Source: a virus (lineage: Duplodnaviria; Caudoviricetes). Taken from it: 39,283 nt of DNA. The stretch spans positions 1 through 39,283 of the IMG/VR virus record IMGVR_UViG_3300017761_005913; one strand, 5' to 3'. Within the stretch, counting starts at the first letter, position 1; every line of letters starts with the position of its first letter. Shown here one piece after another: positions 1 to 9,870 of this stretch. Made by a program: the position numbers and the translations under genes. The notes under the pieces were generated by a model. It was not told the origin of the DNA. It ran no database searches and was given only the letters and a program-made list of their open reading frames with translations.

Positions 1-87
1 AGCACAGTCTATTTTCTTGGGAAGATATACGAGGACGGGTTTGACGTGCCGACATTCGTCAACATATTTACGATGGTGGTAGAATGA
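1..87 (+). CDS. 3' end of an upstream gene (partial), hypothetical/putative virion protein
   Basis: Frame 1 is open (STVYFLGKIYEDGFDVPTFVNIFTMVVE*). Its TGA at 85-87 overlaps the next ATG (ATGA coupling). Confidence 0.7.
   Translation, partial: STVYFLGKIYEDGFDVPTFVNIFTMVVE
64..70 (+). promoter_or_regulatory. Putative late-promoter heptamer ATATTTA
   Basis: Matches the recurrent (A/C)TANTTA motif, 13 nt before the ATG at 84. Confidence 0.4.
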
Positions 88-2390
88 GAGTAAGAGTCCC
101 AAGATCTGCGCAGATACTCGTCACAGGTGACAGACTCATCGAGTCGATATCTCCCGGAGCCAACTACACCAAAGTCAGGCTCCAGTTCGGCTGTGACATT
201 GGAAGGCTCCTCTCTTTCGGGGCAGTGACCATCAGACTCAGTGTCTATGACAGGGAGGTCTCTATCGAGACAAAACCCCTCTCAGTCACGATAGTCGGAG
301 ACTCACTTGTCTCTGCGGCCCAGGAGGACGCTAGGGAGAAGGAGAGGATATCGAAAGTCAGAGAGGAATTCCGGATCTACCAGTCGAACATTGACGTCAC
401 TTCATTCATACAGAATGATGAGGCTCGACTCTCAAGATCCGTTAGCGACACCGTGTACGAGACTGTCACAATGAGTGACTCAAGAGCTCTCGTTTCGGAG
501 AGCAGAATTTCTCCCTCTTCTCCCTTCGTGATTGACAGGAAACTCAACTCAAGAGAGATGAGAAGGCTCATCAAAGCGGGAGTAGACCCTGCCACTGTGA
601 GCGTCAAATTCCCAGTTGACGACCCAGGCAACCAGTCAAAATCAACAACCAAACTTAGCAAGCTTCCGCGAAGTTACGCAAACAAGCTCATAGCTTCGAA
701 CGCGAAGCCGGGAATTGATTTCTACGGCAGGGCGGTTGGTTCTCCATCTTCTTACAAGAAGGGCAGGGTCACTTCAAGGTTCAGGGAAGTCTACACTGAC
801 ATGATTCTTCCGAACAAAGCTCTCCTGAGCCTCAACAGCATCTACCTGTATCTGGAGGCTCTCAACACGACAGGAATATCTGTCGACTTCTTGAGCAGAG
901 AAATTGACCTCGTGGACGTGAGCTCAGATATCATTAGATCAAGGCATTCTGGCGAAGACGTCAGACTCTCAAGGACCGTCCCACCACCCAGGTCAGAGTA
1001 TTACACTGAGTACCGCAAGACCGACAAGAGTAACGAGATTGTGAACCTGAACTCTTTCGGTGACCCGTTCATCTCGAGGACATTCAACGCTGCTAGCTTC
1101 AAGGGCACCGTGATCAAGAGGAAGAGCATAGAGAGGGGAAAGAGTGAGAGCGGTCTTGATGTTGTCCCTTTCTATCCAGAGAGGAACGGCGACAGGCTCG
1201 AGTTAAAGGTCCCGAGCACTCCGGAAGGAATAGTTTCAATCTCCCTCCAGAGAAGAAGACCTCTTTACCGTGAAGGTTTCAACAATCTTGGCGAAGAGGT
1301 CTTTCAGGTGAGCGAAGGATCATCAATCTCTTTTGCTGACACTTCTTTGGTGGATGATACTCAGTACGAGTATAGACTGCGATTCGTTGACAGTCGATCA
1401 AACGTGAGGTACAGCTCGAATTTTGCCCAGTACTACTACGCTTCGACAAACCTTTCGGAGCGGATATCAGCCAACGTTGCCGATATCGACTCAAGTCCTG
1501 CGACAGATCTCGGAAGTGAAGTCCCGCAGATAACGTTTCGGCTATCGACAGAGGTGAGAGAGAAGGGCATAGAGACAATTAGACAGCTTCTCAACACTCT
1601 CGGTGTCTCAGAGGAAGTCATAGCCGGCACTCTCGAAAATCCAGAGAACTACAGCAAGTTCATCTCTTACGAGGTTGTCAGATACAATCTCAGGACTGCT
1701 GACGTGGACACTCTCGGAGTCTTCAGCGACCCTGTCTTCATTGATGACACGGCTCTCTCATCGACAAAGCTGACAAGCGTCACACCCTTGAACTTCTTTG
1801 ACAGGTACAGGTACATTGTAAGGTTCGGGCTGCGCTCGCCCTCATCACTTGCGCCTTCACAGCTGAACAGTAACATCGACCCTGTCTCGGGGAACTCTTA
1901 CAAGTACAAGGCCTACAAGTTCAAGTCTCGAAGACTCTCGACCAATCTCCCGTCAAACGCAGAGATGTCGAAGCTGCTCAGAGGTTCTTCTCTGGTGAAT
2001 TTTGACCTGATCGACATCGGCTCCGAGGTTGCCGTAGATTTTGCTCCTGATAGGTTTCAGCCGAGAGTCTATGACCTTTCGACTAGAAGAACTTATGTGA
2101 AGTCTAACCTCTTGACCTGGAGGGCCGACGGTGCGTCAAACATTATCGATCACTTCCAAGTTTACGCTCTTGCGGACGGTGTCGAGGCGCTGGTCGGTTG
2201 TGCCCACCCTTTCTCGAAGACAGGATTGCACTCTTACGAAGACTTTGGGCTCTACAATAGAGTCGGAACAGTGACCTACAGAGTCGTACCAATTCTTACT
2301 AACTTCACGAGTTCTCCCGGAGAAGCTAAAGTATCAATAACAAGGAAGTCAAACTTACCAGACTTCCTGCAGGAGCGAGATGCCGGTTAG
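84..2390 (+). CDS. Large putative virion structural protein with FN3/Ig-like repeats in the C-terminal half
   Basis: 768-aa ORF with FN3-like strand patterns (FADTSLVDDTQYEYRLRF; LLTW..IDHFQVY..VTYRVVPI); lies in a structural cluster. Confidence 0.6.
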   Translation: MRVRVPRSAQILVTGDRLIESISPGANYTKVRLQFGCDIGRLLSFGAVTIRLSVYDREVSIETKPLSVTIVGDSLVSAAQEDAREKERISKVREEFRIYQSNIDVTSFIQNDEARLSRSVSDTVYETVTMSDSRALVSESRISPSSPFVIDRKLNSREMRRLIKAGVDPATVSVKFPVDDPGNQSKSTTKLSKLPRSYANKLIASNAKPGIDFYGRAVGSPSSYKKGRVTSRFREVYTDMILPNKALLSLNSIYLYLEALNTTGISVDFLSREIDLVDVSSDIIRSRHSGEDVRLSRTVPPPRSEYYTEYRKTDKSNEIVNLNSFGDPFISRTFNAASFKGTVIKRKSIERGKSESGLDVVPFYPERNGDRLELKVPSTPEGIVSISLQRRRPLYREGFNNLGEEVFQVSEGSSISFADTSLVDDTQYEYRLRFVDSRSNVRYSSNFAQYYYASTNLSERISANVADIDSSPATDLGSEVPQITFRLSTEVREKGIETIRQLLNTLGVSEEVIAGTLENPENYSKFISYEVVRYNLRTADVDTLGVFSDPVFIDDTALSSTKLTSVTPLNFFDRYRYIVRFGLRSPSSLAPSQLNSNIDPVSGNSYKYKAYKFKSRRLSTNLPSNAEMSKLLRGSSLVNFDLIDIGSEVAVDFAPDRFQPRVYDLSTRRTYVKSNLLTWRADGASNIIDHFQVYALADGVEALVGCAHPFSKTGLHSYEDFGLYNRVGTVTYRVVPILTNFTSSPGEAKVSITRKSNLPDFLQERDAG

Positions 2391-5300
2391 GACCGCTTTC
2401 AAGAGATCACTGCTGAACTCACAGCCTATGCCCCCAAGGGAGCAAATTGAGGCGGTGAAGAACCTCACAGATGTCTCGACTGAAAAACCAGGAAGCGGCT
2501 TTGACGTTGCTTCTCTCGGATTCTCCGATTACATAGAGAGACAGGTAAACACGCTACGAGACAGCCCAGACGCAGTTTCTTTGTCAGGGGTTCAGGACTC
2601 TAGCGCAGCTCTCAGAGTCTCAAGCGACCCCCAGAGGCCAGAGCTGATTCTTCTAACAAGACTCTTCGAGAATGCCCCCGCTGACGTAAGGGAAATACTC
2701 AGGTTGAGGGGTTTCGAGGCTTGCCTCGACGAGGCTGACTACCAACGGTTTCTTGCTCTTGTCTCTAACAGCAAGACAATCACTCGCGATTATGAAAAGC
2801 GACTAAAGGAAGCAAATAACTCAAGAGTTGAGGTCAGCTCGATACTCGATGGACTTGCAGAGATTGCATCTTCTGTCGACTCTTTTAGAGACTCGATGGA
2901 CTTCCTTCTCAACAGCTCGAAAATACACCTCGCAAGCGTTAAGTATCTCACCAGCTACCCTTCGAGATATACTTCAACGACTGAGGTGTGGCAACCGACA
3001 CTTCTTCGGACATTTGCAGGCCTGCAGGAATCTCTTGAGCTTTCCAACAGCTCCCTGGTTGCAACGCTCCTCACGTCACTAGTCCTCCCGGGCTCTATAC
3101 GGTATGAGGTGACGAAAGGTTCCGATAGCAACAAGAACAGGTTTCTAGTTCCAAGGGTGAAGAGCGACCCAGCAAGTCAGTTGCTCGCAAAAATATCTCA
3201 GATTGATGTCACGACTCCTGATGGCTTCTCACAAGCAGAAGCTCTTCTCCCTGCAGACCCAGCAAAAAGGCTTTCAATCATAGCAGAGGCGCTTTCTTAC
3301 GAACTTACGGTCTCCGCTGGGCTTAGAAGCATCAAGCAGCCGAATATCTCCTCGTACCTCGTGAATAAGGTCGGAATTACCACTTCTCCTCTCTTGGACC
3401 CACCACTGACGTCGACTTACTCGTCGGTCATCAGGACAGGAGATTCCCTGCCTCTTGAGTCGAAAGACTATGTCGTTGACGGGAACACTTTCGAGGGAGC
3501 CCTCAGCTCATTGGTTGATCCTGCAGTAGAAAGCGGAGAGCTCAATTTCAAGGACCTTTCGGAATACTCAAAGAGATTCACGACTTCTCTCAACTCTTAC
3601 GTTGCTGAGATCAAGAAGCTTAGGCTTCTCGATGACGCTACTGAGGAACTTTCAAGCGTCTCACTCATAAAGGGTGCTGCAGGCACAGTGCTGCAGGGCC
3701 TGAGCTCTCTTGTCACGTACACATCGGATTCTAATTTCGATTCTATCGACAACAAACAGGTCTCTCAGGCAGCTTACCTGAAAAGTCTAGCGGACTCGGA
3801 CAGCGGAAACGGAGTGCTGGACCCCAGGTACAAGACATTCATGAAGTACCTGGGCGACAAAGATTTCGTCCTTGACATCAGCGTTTCTGAGCCTGACAGT
3901 CCCTCTGCTGCTACCACGCAGAGGTCGAGGACTCGCAGCAATGTAGACAACTCACAGACCTCCAATGTGTCAACTTCGATACAGTCAAGCAAGTCCGACG
4001 AGAACAGGAACATTCAGACCAGCGTCACAGTGTCTGGTGGCGCTTCTTCAAGGGCTGCAGTGAACGTGAACGTCACTGCTGGAACTGCAGGAGGAATTCG
4101 GGCAGGTAATCAGGTCTCGACTGCCTTGGGGTCATCGACAAGGTCTTCTTTGGGGTCTGCTCGGGGATCCTCGACTAACAAACCTGTTGCAACCGGAGCA
4201 GGCTCTACAAGATCACAGCAGACTGCATCAAGAGCAAATCTTGAGAGCTTTGAGGCAGAGCTCCCACCAACAGATTACTATTCGGGAGCGCAAGGCTCTT
4301 CGTATCTCGATCCGTTCGGATCAACAAACACGAGCTTCGACATCGAGAATGTTGATCTCAGCGTCAATTACACAGTTTCTCCCAACAGCACAGCTCAGGC
4401 AGGTATTAGTGCAGCCACCGCAAGGATATTAGGGATAACCGACAAGGTGACCCAGTCCGCCCTCGCAGACCTGACAGTTTCAGACATTCTTGGAGACTCG
4501 GTCTCAACTCTTCTCGGCTCTAACAATTCCTTCGTTGGCGGCATCACTTCAAACGGATCTCTTGACGGAAGCAGTACGCTGGCAAAGATCGAGTCTTCGG
4601 TCTCAAGTCTCACGATAGACGGAGCAGCAGGAATCTCTGCAAACCTTGAATCACAGCTTGCTGGCCTTTCAACTGCCGGAAGCAGTCTCTCCAGTAACAT
4701 TGCAGGTGGTGCGAACAAGGTAGCCAGCGCTCTCTCGGATGCTTTCGGTTCTCTATCGACTTCGGTTGTCTCGGACGCACAAGCCGCAATAGTTTCAGCC
4801 GTTTCTGCCCTTTCTTTTGCTACTCCCAAGATTGACGACGCTTTCAACGTCTGTGACAGTTCTTCACCCTTTCTCGATATACCAGTGACTCTTCCGAGAT
4901 TACCGTCGCCTTCCCTGTCACTGCCTGATGCCTCAAAGATATCTTCGGCCGCATCAGCGGCTCTCAGCTCAATAAGCGCAGGTCTTGGCTCCATTGAAGC
5001 AGACACTTCTGCCCTTGAGAACCTTTCATTGTCACTGACTTCTCCGAATGTCAAAATATCTTCAGGGATATCAGGGCTTGTGTCTAAACTTGAGCAGGCA
5101 GGAACCGATGTCCTGCCTGACGAGATAATCGGGGGAATAGTGCCTCAGGGGTTGTCTTCCGATCTATCCCTGTCAGTGAATGGCATCGGCAGCACCGCAA
5201 GCTCCGCTCTTTCTGCCCTTGCATCCGGAGTCTCTAAGTCGGTCACGAGTATCGTAGACCCGACAACGCAGGTGGCAGGATCTAACTCAACGAGTTTGAG

Positions 5301-7401
5301 TTCACTTGACTACACGACCGCTGGGAAAACCAGAGCGGTCACGAATGCCGCTGAGAAAATCTTGAAGTCCGAGGACGTCCTCGGACTATCCATAGACTCA
5401 AACGGCCTGCAGAAATACGCGAAGATAATGCAGAAGACTACCGATGTTGACGCAATTGCCAGACTGACAACCGAGCCCGCCTCAGTGTCAAAGTCAAAGA
5501 GCACCGCAAACACATTCAGCCTCAGTGACATCAGGAATAACATTCTTGGAGTCGACGGAGCCTCTCTCAGGTCTAGAGCTTCTGGCAGATATGGTCTAAG
5601 ATCAAGAGTTTACGGCAAGTCGACAGTACCAGACACCAGGGCGGCGACTTCAGTTTCCGCTGACTATCTTCCGTACTTGGCTGTATTCGAGCCTGCTGAC
5701 GACTCTTCTCTCGGTTCACAGTTCAGTACCTCGTTCGAGGGAGTTCTCAGCTCCATAACCGAAGATTCGACTTCAAGAAACCCACTTCTTACTGGGTCAA
5801 TCCGGAACTTTGTGAAGTCCATTCTCAACGCCGCAGGAGAGAAAGCCAACGATCCTGACTCCTTCATCAGCTTGACAGGCTGCTACGGTCTCAACAGAAG
5901 CGCTCTTGAATTCCTTTTCTACAGCATGTGCCTCTCAATGCTTCCTTCAATAACATGCGTGAACGCAGGATACAGATTTGCGAATAACAGGAAAGATTTC
6001 GACATCAGCTGCAGAGTTGACACCGAGTCTATCGGTCCAAACGTATCACTCTTCGACTCTGTGGGACAGCTTGAAGGTTCAATAAGCGATGTCATCAAGA
6101 GCCTTGAGGCTCTCAACGTAGACAAGTCAATCTTCAGCGCAATAGGCTACTGTCACGCATGTACCAACCTTATGAAAGAGAGAGTTGCAGTGGTGGAGAG
6201 TTACGTCAACTCTTACACCACTGCAGTCACTAACCTGACAAGTCTCTCAACTTCAAAGACCGTGGGAGACTCTCTCAAAAAGCTTAGAGAAAGACAAGCC
6301 CTCAGCATTCTTTCTGACATCACTGTAGACACTGTATCCGCGTCACAGCTCAGTTTCATAAATCTGAGAGGTCCTGCGGCTCTTCCCTCACAGCCCCGGA
6401 TGACAAGGATATCAGAGAAGGTCACCACGGCATTGATACAGGACCTTGCAAAGAATGATTCTCGGAATTCTGTCTACATTGCAGTGGGAATTCCAGCAAA
6501 GTCTCTTGAATACATACGTCGATCACCAGTTGCGGAGGGAGAACAGGACTTTGACATTGAAGGGAAAGAGTACCTTGAGGTAGAGGTGACGAAGAGGGAC
6601 GTGCAGTACTCCGACCTCGTAATGAAGAAGACCAGCGTAAGATTCTGCCCAAACCTGACAGTGATTCCGCAGTTCACAAGAGCAGCAAATATCAAGGAGG
6701 CTGCTTTCGACTTCATCTATCTCTGTTACACAGGCAAGAAGTGGGAGACAAAGAGCTTCTCTGACGCAATAGAATTCGTGAAGTCCACAACAGGCCTCAC
6801 TGTTGCAGAGTCATTGGTGATAGTCTACAATCACGTTTTCGATTCTGTCGGAAAGCTTGCAGTGATGAGCCTGACAGGAACAAGCGTGGACGAGAATTTT
6901 GCCACGAGATCGGAGACACAGATGACTTTGGAAGGTGCAGACTTCTACAGGAAGGTCCTGATCGATCAAGTAGTCTCCCAGGCTCTCCCAGTCGACTCTG
7001 TCCTCCCGGGCAGCTACTTGGTTCGGGGAGAATCAGGATACACTGTCCTCCCCTTCTCGAGACTACCTTCGAGTCTCGTGACAAGGACAAACGAGCCCTC
7101 TCACAGGCTTCTTTATTCTATAGCCTCCGACCCACTGTTCTCTTACGAGAGCTACTACAGTCAATCTTACACTCCACCGCCGTTCGAGAGAGTCTACATG
7201 TGCCTTGTTGATCCTGACGAGTTTGTCATCGACAAGTTCGCAACTGTCTCCACACCAAGTGGGAGATCATCTTATGAATACCTTGTGGCAGCAGGAAAGA
7301 TTACAGAGTCAGAGGAGGTTGCTAATTTGAATGACAGGGAGTCTTCTGGTGCTCTCGACGGGAATGAGTTTGCTGTCAAGGCGTCACTGGTGACAGGATG
7401 A
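2380..7401 (+). CDS. Very large Ser-rich hypothetical protein (putative virion protein)
   Basis: 1673-aa ORF overlapping both neighbours; central S/A/G/T-rich low-complexity tract; no recognisable catalytic motif. Confidence 0.6.
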   Translation: MPVRTAFKRSLLNSQPMPPREQIEAVKNLTDVSTEKPGSGFDVASLGFSDYIERQVNTLRDSPDAVSLSGVQDSSAALRVSSDPQRPELILLTRLFENAPADVREILRLRGFEACLDEADYQRFLALVSNSKTITRDYEKRLKEANNSRVEVSSILDGLAEIASSVDSFRDSMDFLLNSSKIHLASVKYLTSYPSRYTSTTEVWQPTLLRTFAGLQESLELSNSSLVATLLTSLVLPGSIRYEVTKGSDSNKNRFLVPRVKSDPASQLLAKISQIDVTTPDGFSQAEALLPADPAKRLSIIAEALSYELTVSAGLRSIKQPNISSYLVNKVGITTSPLLDPPLTSTYSSVIRTGDSLPLESKDYVVDGNTFEGALSSLVDPAVESGELNFKDLSEYSKRFTTSLNSYVAEIKKLRLLDDATEELSSVSLIKGAAGTVLQGLSSLVTYTSDSNFDSIDNKQVSQAAYLKSLADSDSGNGVLDPRYKTFMKYLGDKDFVLDISVSEPDSPSAATTQRSRTRSNVDNSQTSNVSTSIQSSKSDENRNIQTSVTVSGGASSRAAVNVNVTAGTAGGIRAGNQVSTALGSSTRSSLGSARGSSTNKPVATGAGSTRSQQTASRANLESFEAELPPTDYYSGAQGSSYLDPFGSTNTSFDIENVDLSVNYTVSPNSTAQAGISAATARILGITDKVTQSALADLTVSDILGDSVSTLLGSNNSFVGGITSNGSLDGSSTLAKIESSVSSLTIDGAAGISANLESQLAGLSTAGSSLSSNIAGGANKVASALSDAFGSLSTSVVSDAQAAIVSAVSALSFATPKIDDAFNVCDSSSPFLDIPVTLPRLPSPSLSLPDASKISSAASAALSSISAGLGSIEADTSALENLSLSLTSPNVKISSGISGLVSKLEQAGTDVLPDEIIGGIVPQGLSSDLSLSVNGIGSTASSALSALASGVSKSVTSIVDPTTQVAGSNSTSLSSLDYTTAGKTRAVTNAAEKILKSEDVLGLSIDSNGLQKYAKIMQKTTDVDAIARLTTEPASVSKSKSTANTFSLSDIRNNILGVDGASLRSRASGRYGLRSRVYGKSTVPDTRAATSVSADYLPYLAVFEPADDSSLGSQFSTSFEGVLSSITEDSTSRNPLLTGSIRNFVKSILNAAGEKANDPDSFISLTGCYGLNRSALEFLFYSMCLSMLPSITCVNAGYRFANNRKDFDISCRVDTESIGPNVSLFDSVGQLEGSISDVIKSLEALNVDKSIFSAIGYCHACTNLMKERVAVVESYVNSYTTAVTNLTSLSTSKTVGDSLKKLRERQALSILSDITVDTVSASQLSFINLRGPAALPSQPRMTRISEKVTTALIQDLAKNDSRNSVYIAVGIPAKSLEYIRRSPVAEGEQDFDIEGKEYLEVEVTKRDVQYSDLVMKKTSVRFCPNLTVIPQFTRAANIKEAAFDFIYLCYTGKKWETKSFSDAIEFVKSTTGLTVAESLVIVYNHVFDSVGKLAVMSLTGTSVDENFATRSETQMTLEGADFYRKVLIDQVVSQALPVDSVLPGSYLVRGESGYTVLPFSRLPSSLVTRTNEPSHRLLYSIASDPLFSYESYYSQSYTPPPFERVYMCLVDPDEFVIDKFATVSTPSGRSSYEYLVAAGKITESEEVANLNDRESSGALDGNEFAVKASLVTG

Positions 7402-9125
7402 AATCTTCAACCTTCACCTCCAACATACTTTCGAGCATAAAACTCCCTCGTCCGTACTTGTCCAACGCAAAGTTCACTTACGGTTTCTTCACGAGAGATG
7501 AGACGCTTGTGGAAGGCAGCAAGCCGAAGAAGACAGGGGCAAGCCCCGACAGGGTCTTATCAGGTATTCGCAAGTCGCCCCGCTACGTAGTCCTTTCTTT
7601 TGACCCGCCTGTCACTAGCTTACCGAAGACCTTGTCGCCCGCAACTCTGCGGCTTGTCCAAGAGAATATACAGAGAGTCTACTCTGCTGAGGACGTCGGC
7701 AACACGAGCGCTTCTACGATTCTAGTTCAGGACACCGGGCTCCTTGACAGAGTCTACAGGACTATCAAAAGAAGCTCTGACGCAAGAAGGATCACGGGTA
7801 ACCTCACAGATGTCTCAATGAAACTCGGTGAGCAGCTCGGTCCCTCAATAGACCGGACACTCCTACAGGAGCTCACCAGCAGATTCTCTGAGATGGGAGC
7901 AAACTTTGTCTCCGACTCAGTCAGGGTAGGGTCTGGCAAGTTCGGTCAAGTGAGGTCGACAGTGACATCATTCACTGTCTCGGACAAGTTTGTGCTCGAT
8001 GCCGTTAGAAGCGGTGAGCTTGCAGGCTCTATCGGTCCCGTCACCTCAGTGGCTCTGCTCTCGGATAATGTCACTGCCCTCCAGGCGGACGCAAGGAGTG
8101 AGACCCAGGCGGTAAGCTCGAATGATTACGTCACTGTCCTTGAGCCCGTCTCTGTTCGTGAGAGCAGCTCCAAGGAATTCGCGGACGGAACAGAGCTTCT
8201 CGCTACCCTTGTCTACCGAAAGGAGACCCTTTCTAATGGCGACGAGCTTGTGAGACTGCTCGAAGTCCTGTCACCTGACTCATCAAAGTACATTGATCAC
8301 GAAGTGAAACTCAACTCGACTTATCACTACTGGTTGCACTCGGTGTATCGAGTGAAGTCACACTCTCTCAGCGTCAACACTGGACAGGTGGTGATAGCAG
8401 AGGTGCTCTTCCAGTCGGAGGCAAGCGAGGCCTACACAGTGAGGACGGTAGACGATGCTCCACCGCCCCCTCCTTCAGACCTGAGCCTCCGATGGGACTA
8501 CAGGACAAAGAAGCTTGTCATTACCTGGGCGTTCCCTCCTCTTGCTCAGAGAGACATCAAGTATTTTCAGGTGTTCAGGAGGTCCAATCTCCTTGAGCCC
8601 TTTACGCTACTCACAGAGTATGACTTCAACGACTCATTTGCTCTTCCGATCAGGTACGAGAACATTCTCCCTTCCAACTCGCAGAAGATGAATGAACCGA
8701 TGACTACTTGCTACGACACCGAGTTCAGGAAGGACAGCGACTTCATCTATTGCGTTGCCTCTGTCGATGCCAGAGGGCAGGTCTCCAACTACTCGAACCA
8801 GCTCAGGGCAACTTTCGATTCAATCAGGAACAGGCTAAACATAGAGCATATCTCTCCGCAAGGCGCGCCGCGGCAGTACCCGAATGTCTTCTTGCGCGGT
8901 GACCTCTTCCTCGACTCAATAGTCGTGACCAACAAGCGGAGAGCCAAGATTTACTTTGATCCAGAGTACCTGAAACTCGTTGACAGGGATGACAACGACC
9001 TCGGTCTCTTCAGGCTCTCAGAGAACGGAAAGTACAAGGTTTCTATAGTCGACACCACCAGGGCAGAGTCGACCAACGTTGAACTTGCAATCAAAGATTT
9101 ACGCAAAACTGTCTTATCATCATAG
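7398..9125 (+). CDS. Fibronectin type III domain-containing putative virion protein
   Basis: 575 aa with clear FN3 signatures: YIDHEVKLNSTYHYW, PPPPPSDLSLRWD..LVITW..YFQVFRR, FIYCVASVDARGQVSNYS. ATGA overlap with the previous gene. Confidence 0.7.
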   Translation: MKSSTFTSNILSSIKLPRPYLSNAKFTYGFFTRDETLVEGSKPKKTGASPDRVLSGIRKSPRYVVLSFDPPVTSLPKTLSPATLRLVQENIQRVYSAEDVGNTSASTILVQDTGLLDRVYRTIKRSSDARRITGNLTDVSMKLGEQLGPSIDRTLLQELTSRFSEMGANFVSDSVRVGSGKFGQVRSTVTSFTVSDKFVLDAVRSGELAGSIGPVTSVALLSDNVTALQADARSETQAVSSNDYVTVLEPVSVRESSSKEFADGTELLATLVYRKETLSNGDELVRLLEVLSPDSSKYIDHEVKLNSTYHYWLHSVYRVKSHSLSVNTGQVVIAEVLFQSEASEAYTVRTVDDAPPPPPSDLSLRWDYRTKKLVITWAFPPLAQRDIKYFQVFRRSNLLEPFTLLTEYDFNDSFALPIRYENILPSNSQKMNEPMTTCYDTEFRKDSDFIYCVASVDARGQVSNYSNQLRATFDSIRNRLNIEHISPQGAPRQYPNVFLRGDLFLDSIVVTNKRRAKIYFDPEYLKLVDRDDNDLGLFRLSENGKYKVSIVDTTRAESTNVELAIKDLRKTVLSS

Positions 9126-9128
9126 TTA
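9122..9128 (+). promoter_or_regulatory. Putative late promoter ATAGTTA
   Basis: Recurrent heptamer 23 nt before ATG 9152, followed by a GGAGG Shine-Dalgarno (SD). Confidence 0.6.
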
Positions 9129-9151
9129 GATTGTGAAGGGAGGGATGTTTC

Positions 9152-9862
9152 ATGGGTTTTCTTGACCACTCAACATCGAACATCATCGTAGACGCAGTGA
9201 TCACGGACATTGGGAGGCAGTTCCTCGCAAGGAATGACGGAAGCTTCTCTATCGTGAAGTTTGCACTTGCTGACGATGAGGTCGACTACAGCATTATCCG
9301 AAAGTTCGGTAGAGTCGTCGGCAAGGAGAAGATCGAGAAGAACACTCCTGTGTTCGAAGCCCAGACGACTGCTGGTCTTGCCCTGAAATTCAGGAATGTC
9401 TCGCTTTCGAACCCAAATCTCATCAGGATGCCCAACATGAGCATCACCGGTGAGGGACTCGACACCGGGGGCACAGTCCTTTCAATGACGGTGAACTCGA
9501 ACAACGCGACACGCCAGCTGACATTCACCCAGGCGGTCACCGGTGAGTCCTCTGTAGACGTCGAGCTGAGGGACCAGCAGTTCCTCGTGAAGATCCCGAA
9601 CCAGTTCGCTCAGATAGTCGGCGCAGCACCTGACTACGTGGACAGGGACGGCATCGCGTTCTACACTCTCATCCGCTCTCCCTCCACCACTTCGGCGGGC
9701 GGGTCAATACTCTCGTTCACCCTCGCACTGAAGTCGATAACTGACACGCAGTTCTCGATATATGGGACATCGAGCGACAAGACAAAGATAAACCTTGTCT
9801 CTTCGGTCACCGGACTCCAGTCCGGCACGGTGAAGAACTTCACAATAAACATCTCGAAGTGA
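9152..9862 (+). CDS. Putative virion structural (baseplate/tail-collar-like) protein
   Basis: 236 aa with a strong SD. The N-terminal DAVITDIGRQFLA..FSIVKFALADDEVDY resembles the N-terminal half of tail-collar/fibre attachment domains. Confidence 0.6.
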   Translation: MGFLDHSTSNIIVDAVITDIGRQFLARNDGSFSIVKFALADDEVDYSIIRKFGRVVGKEKIEKNTPVFEAQTTAGLALKFRNVSLSNPNLIRMPNMSITGEGLDTGGTVLSMTVNSNNATRQLTFTQAVTGESSVDVELRDQQFLVKIPNQFAQIVGAAPDYVDRDGIAFYTLIRSPSTTSAGGSILSFTLALKSITDTQFSIYGTSSDKTKINLVSSVTGLQSGTVKNFTINISK

Positions 9863-9870
9863 GATCATAG

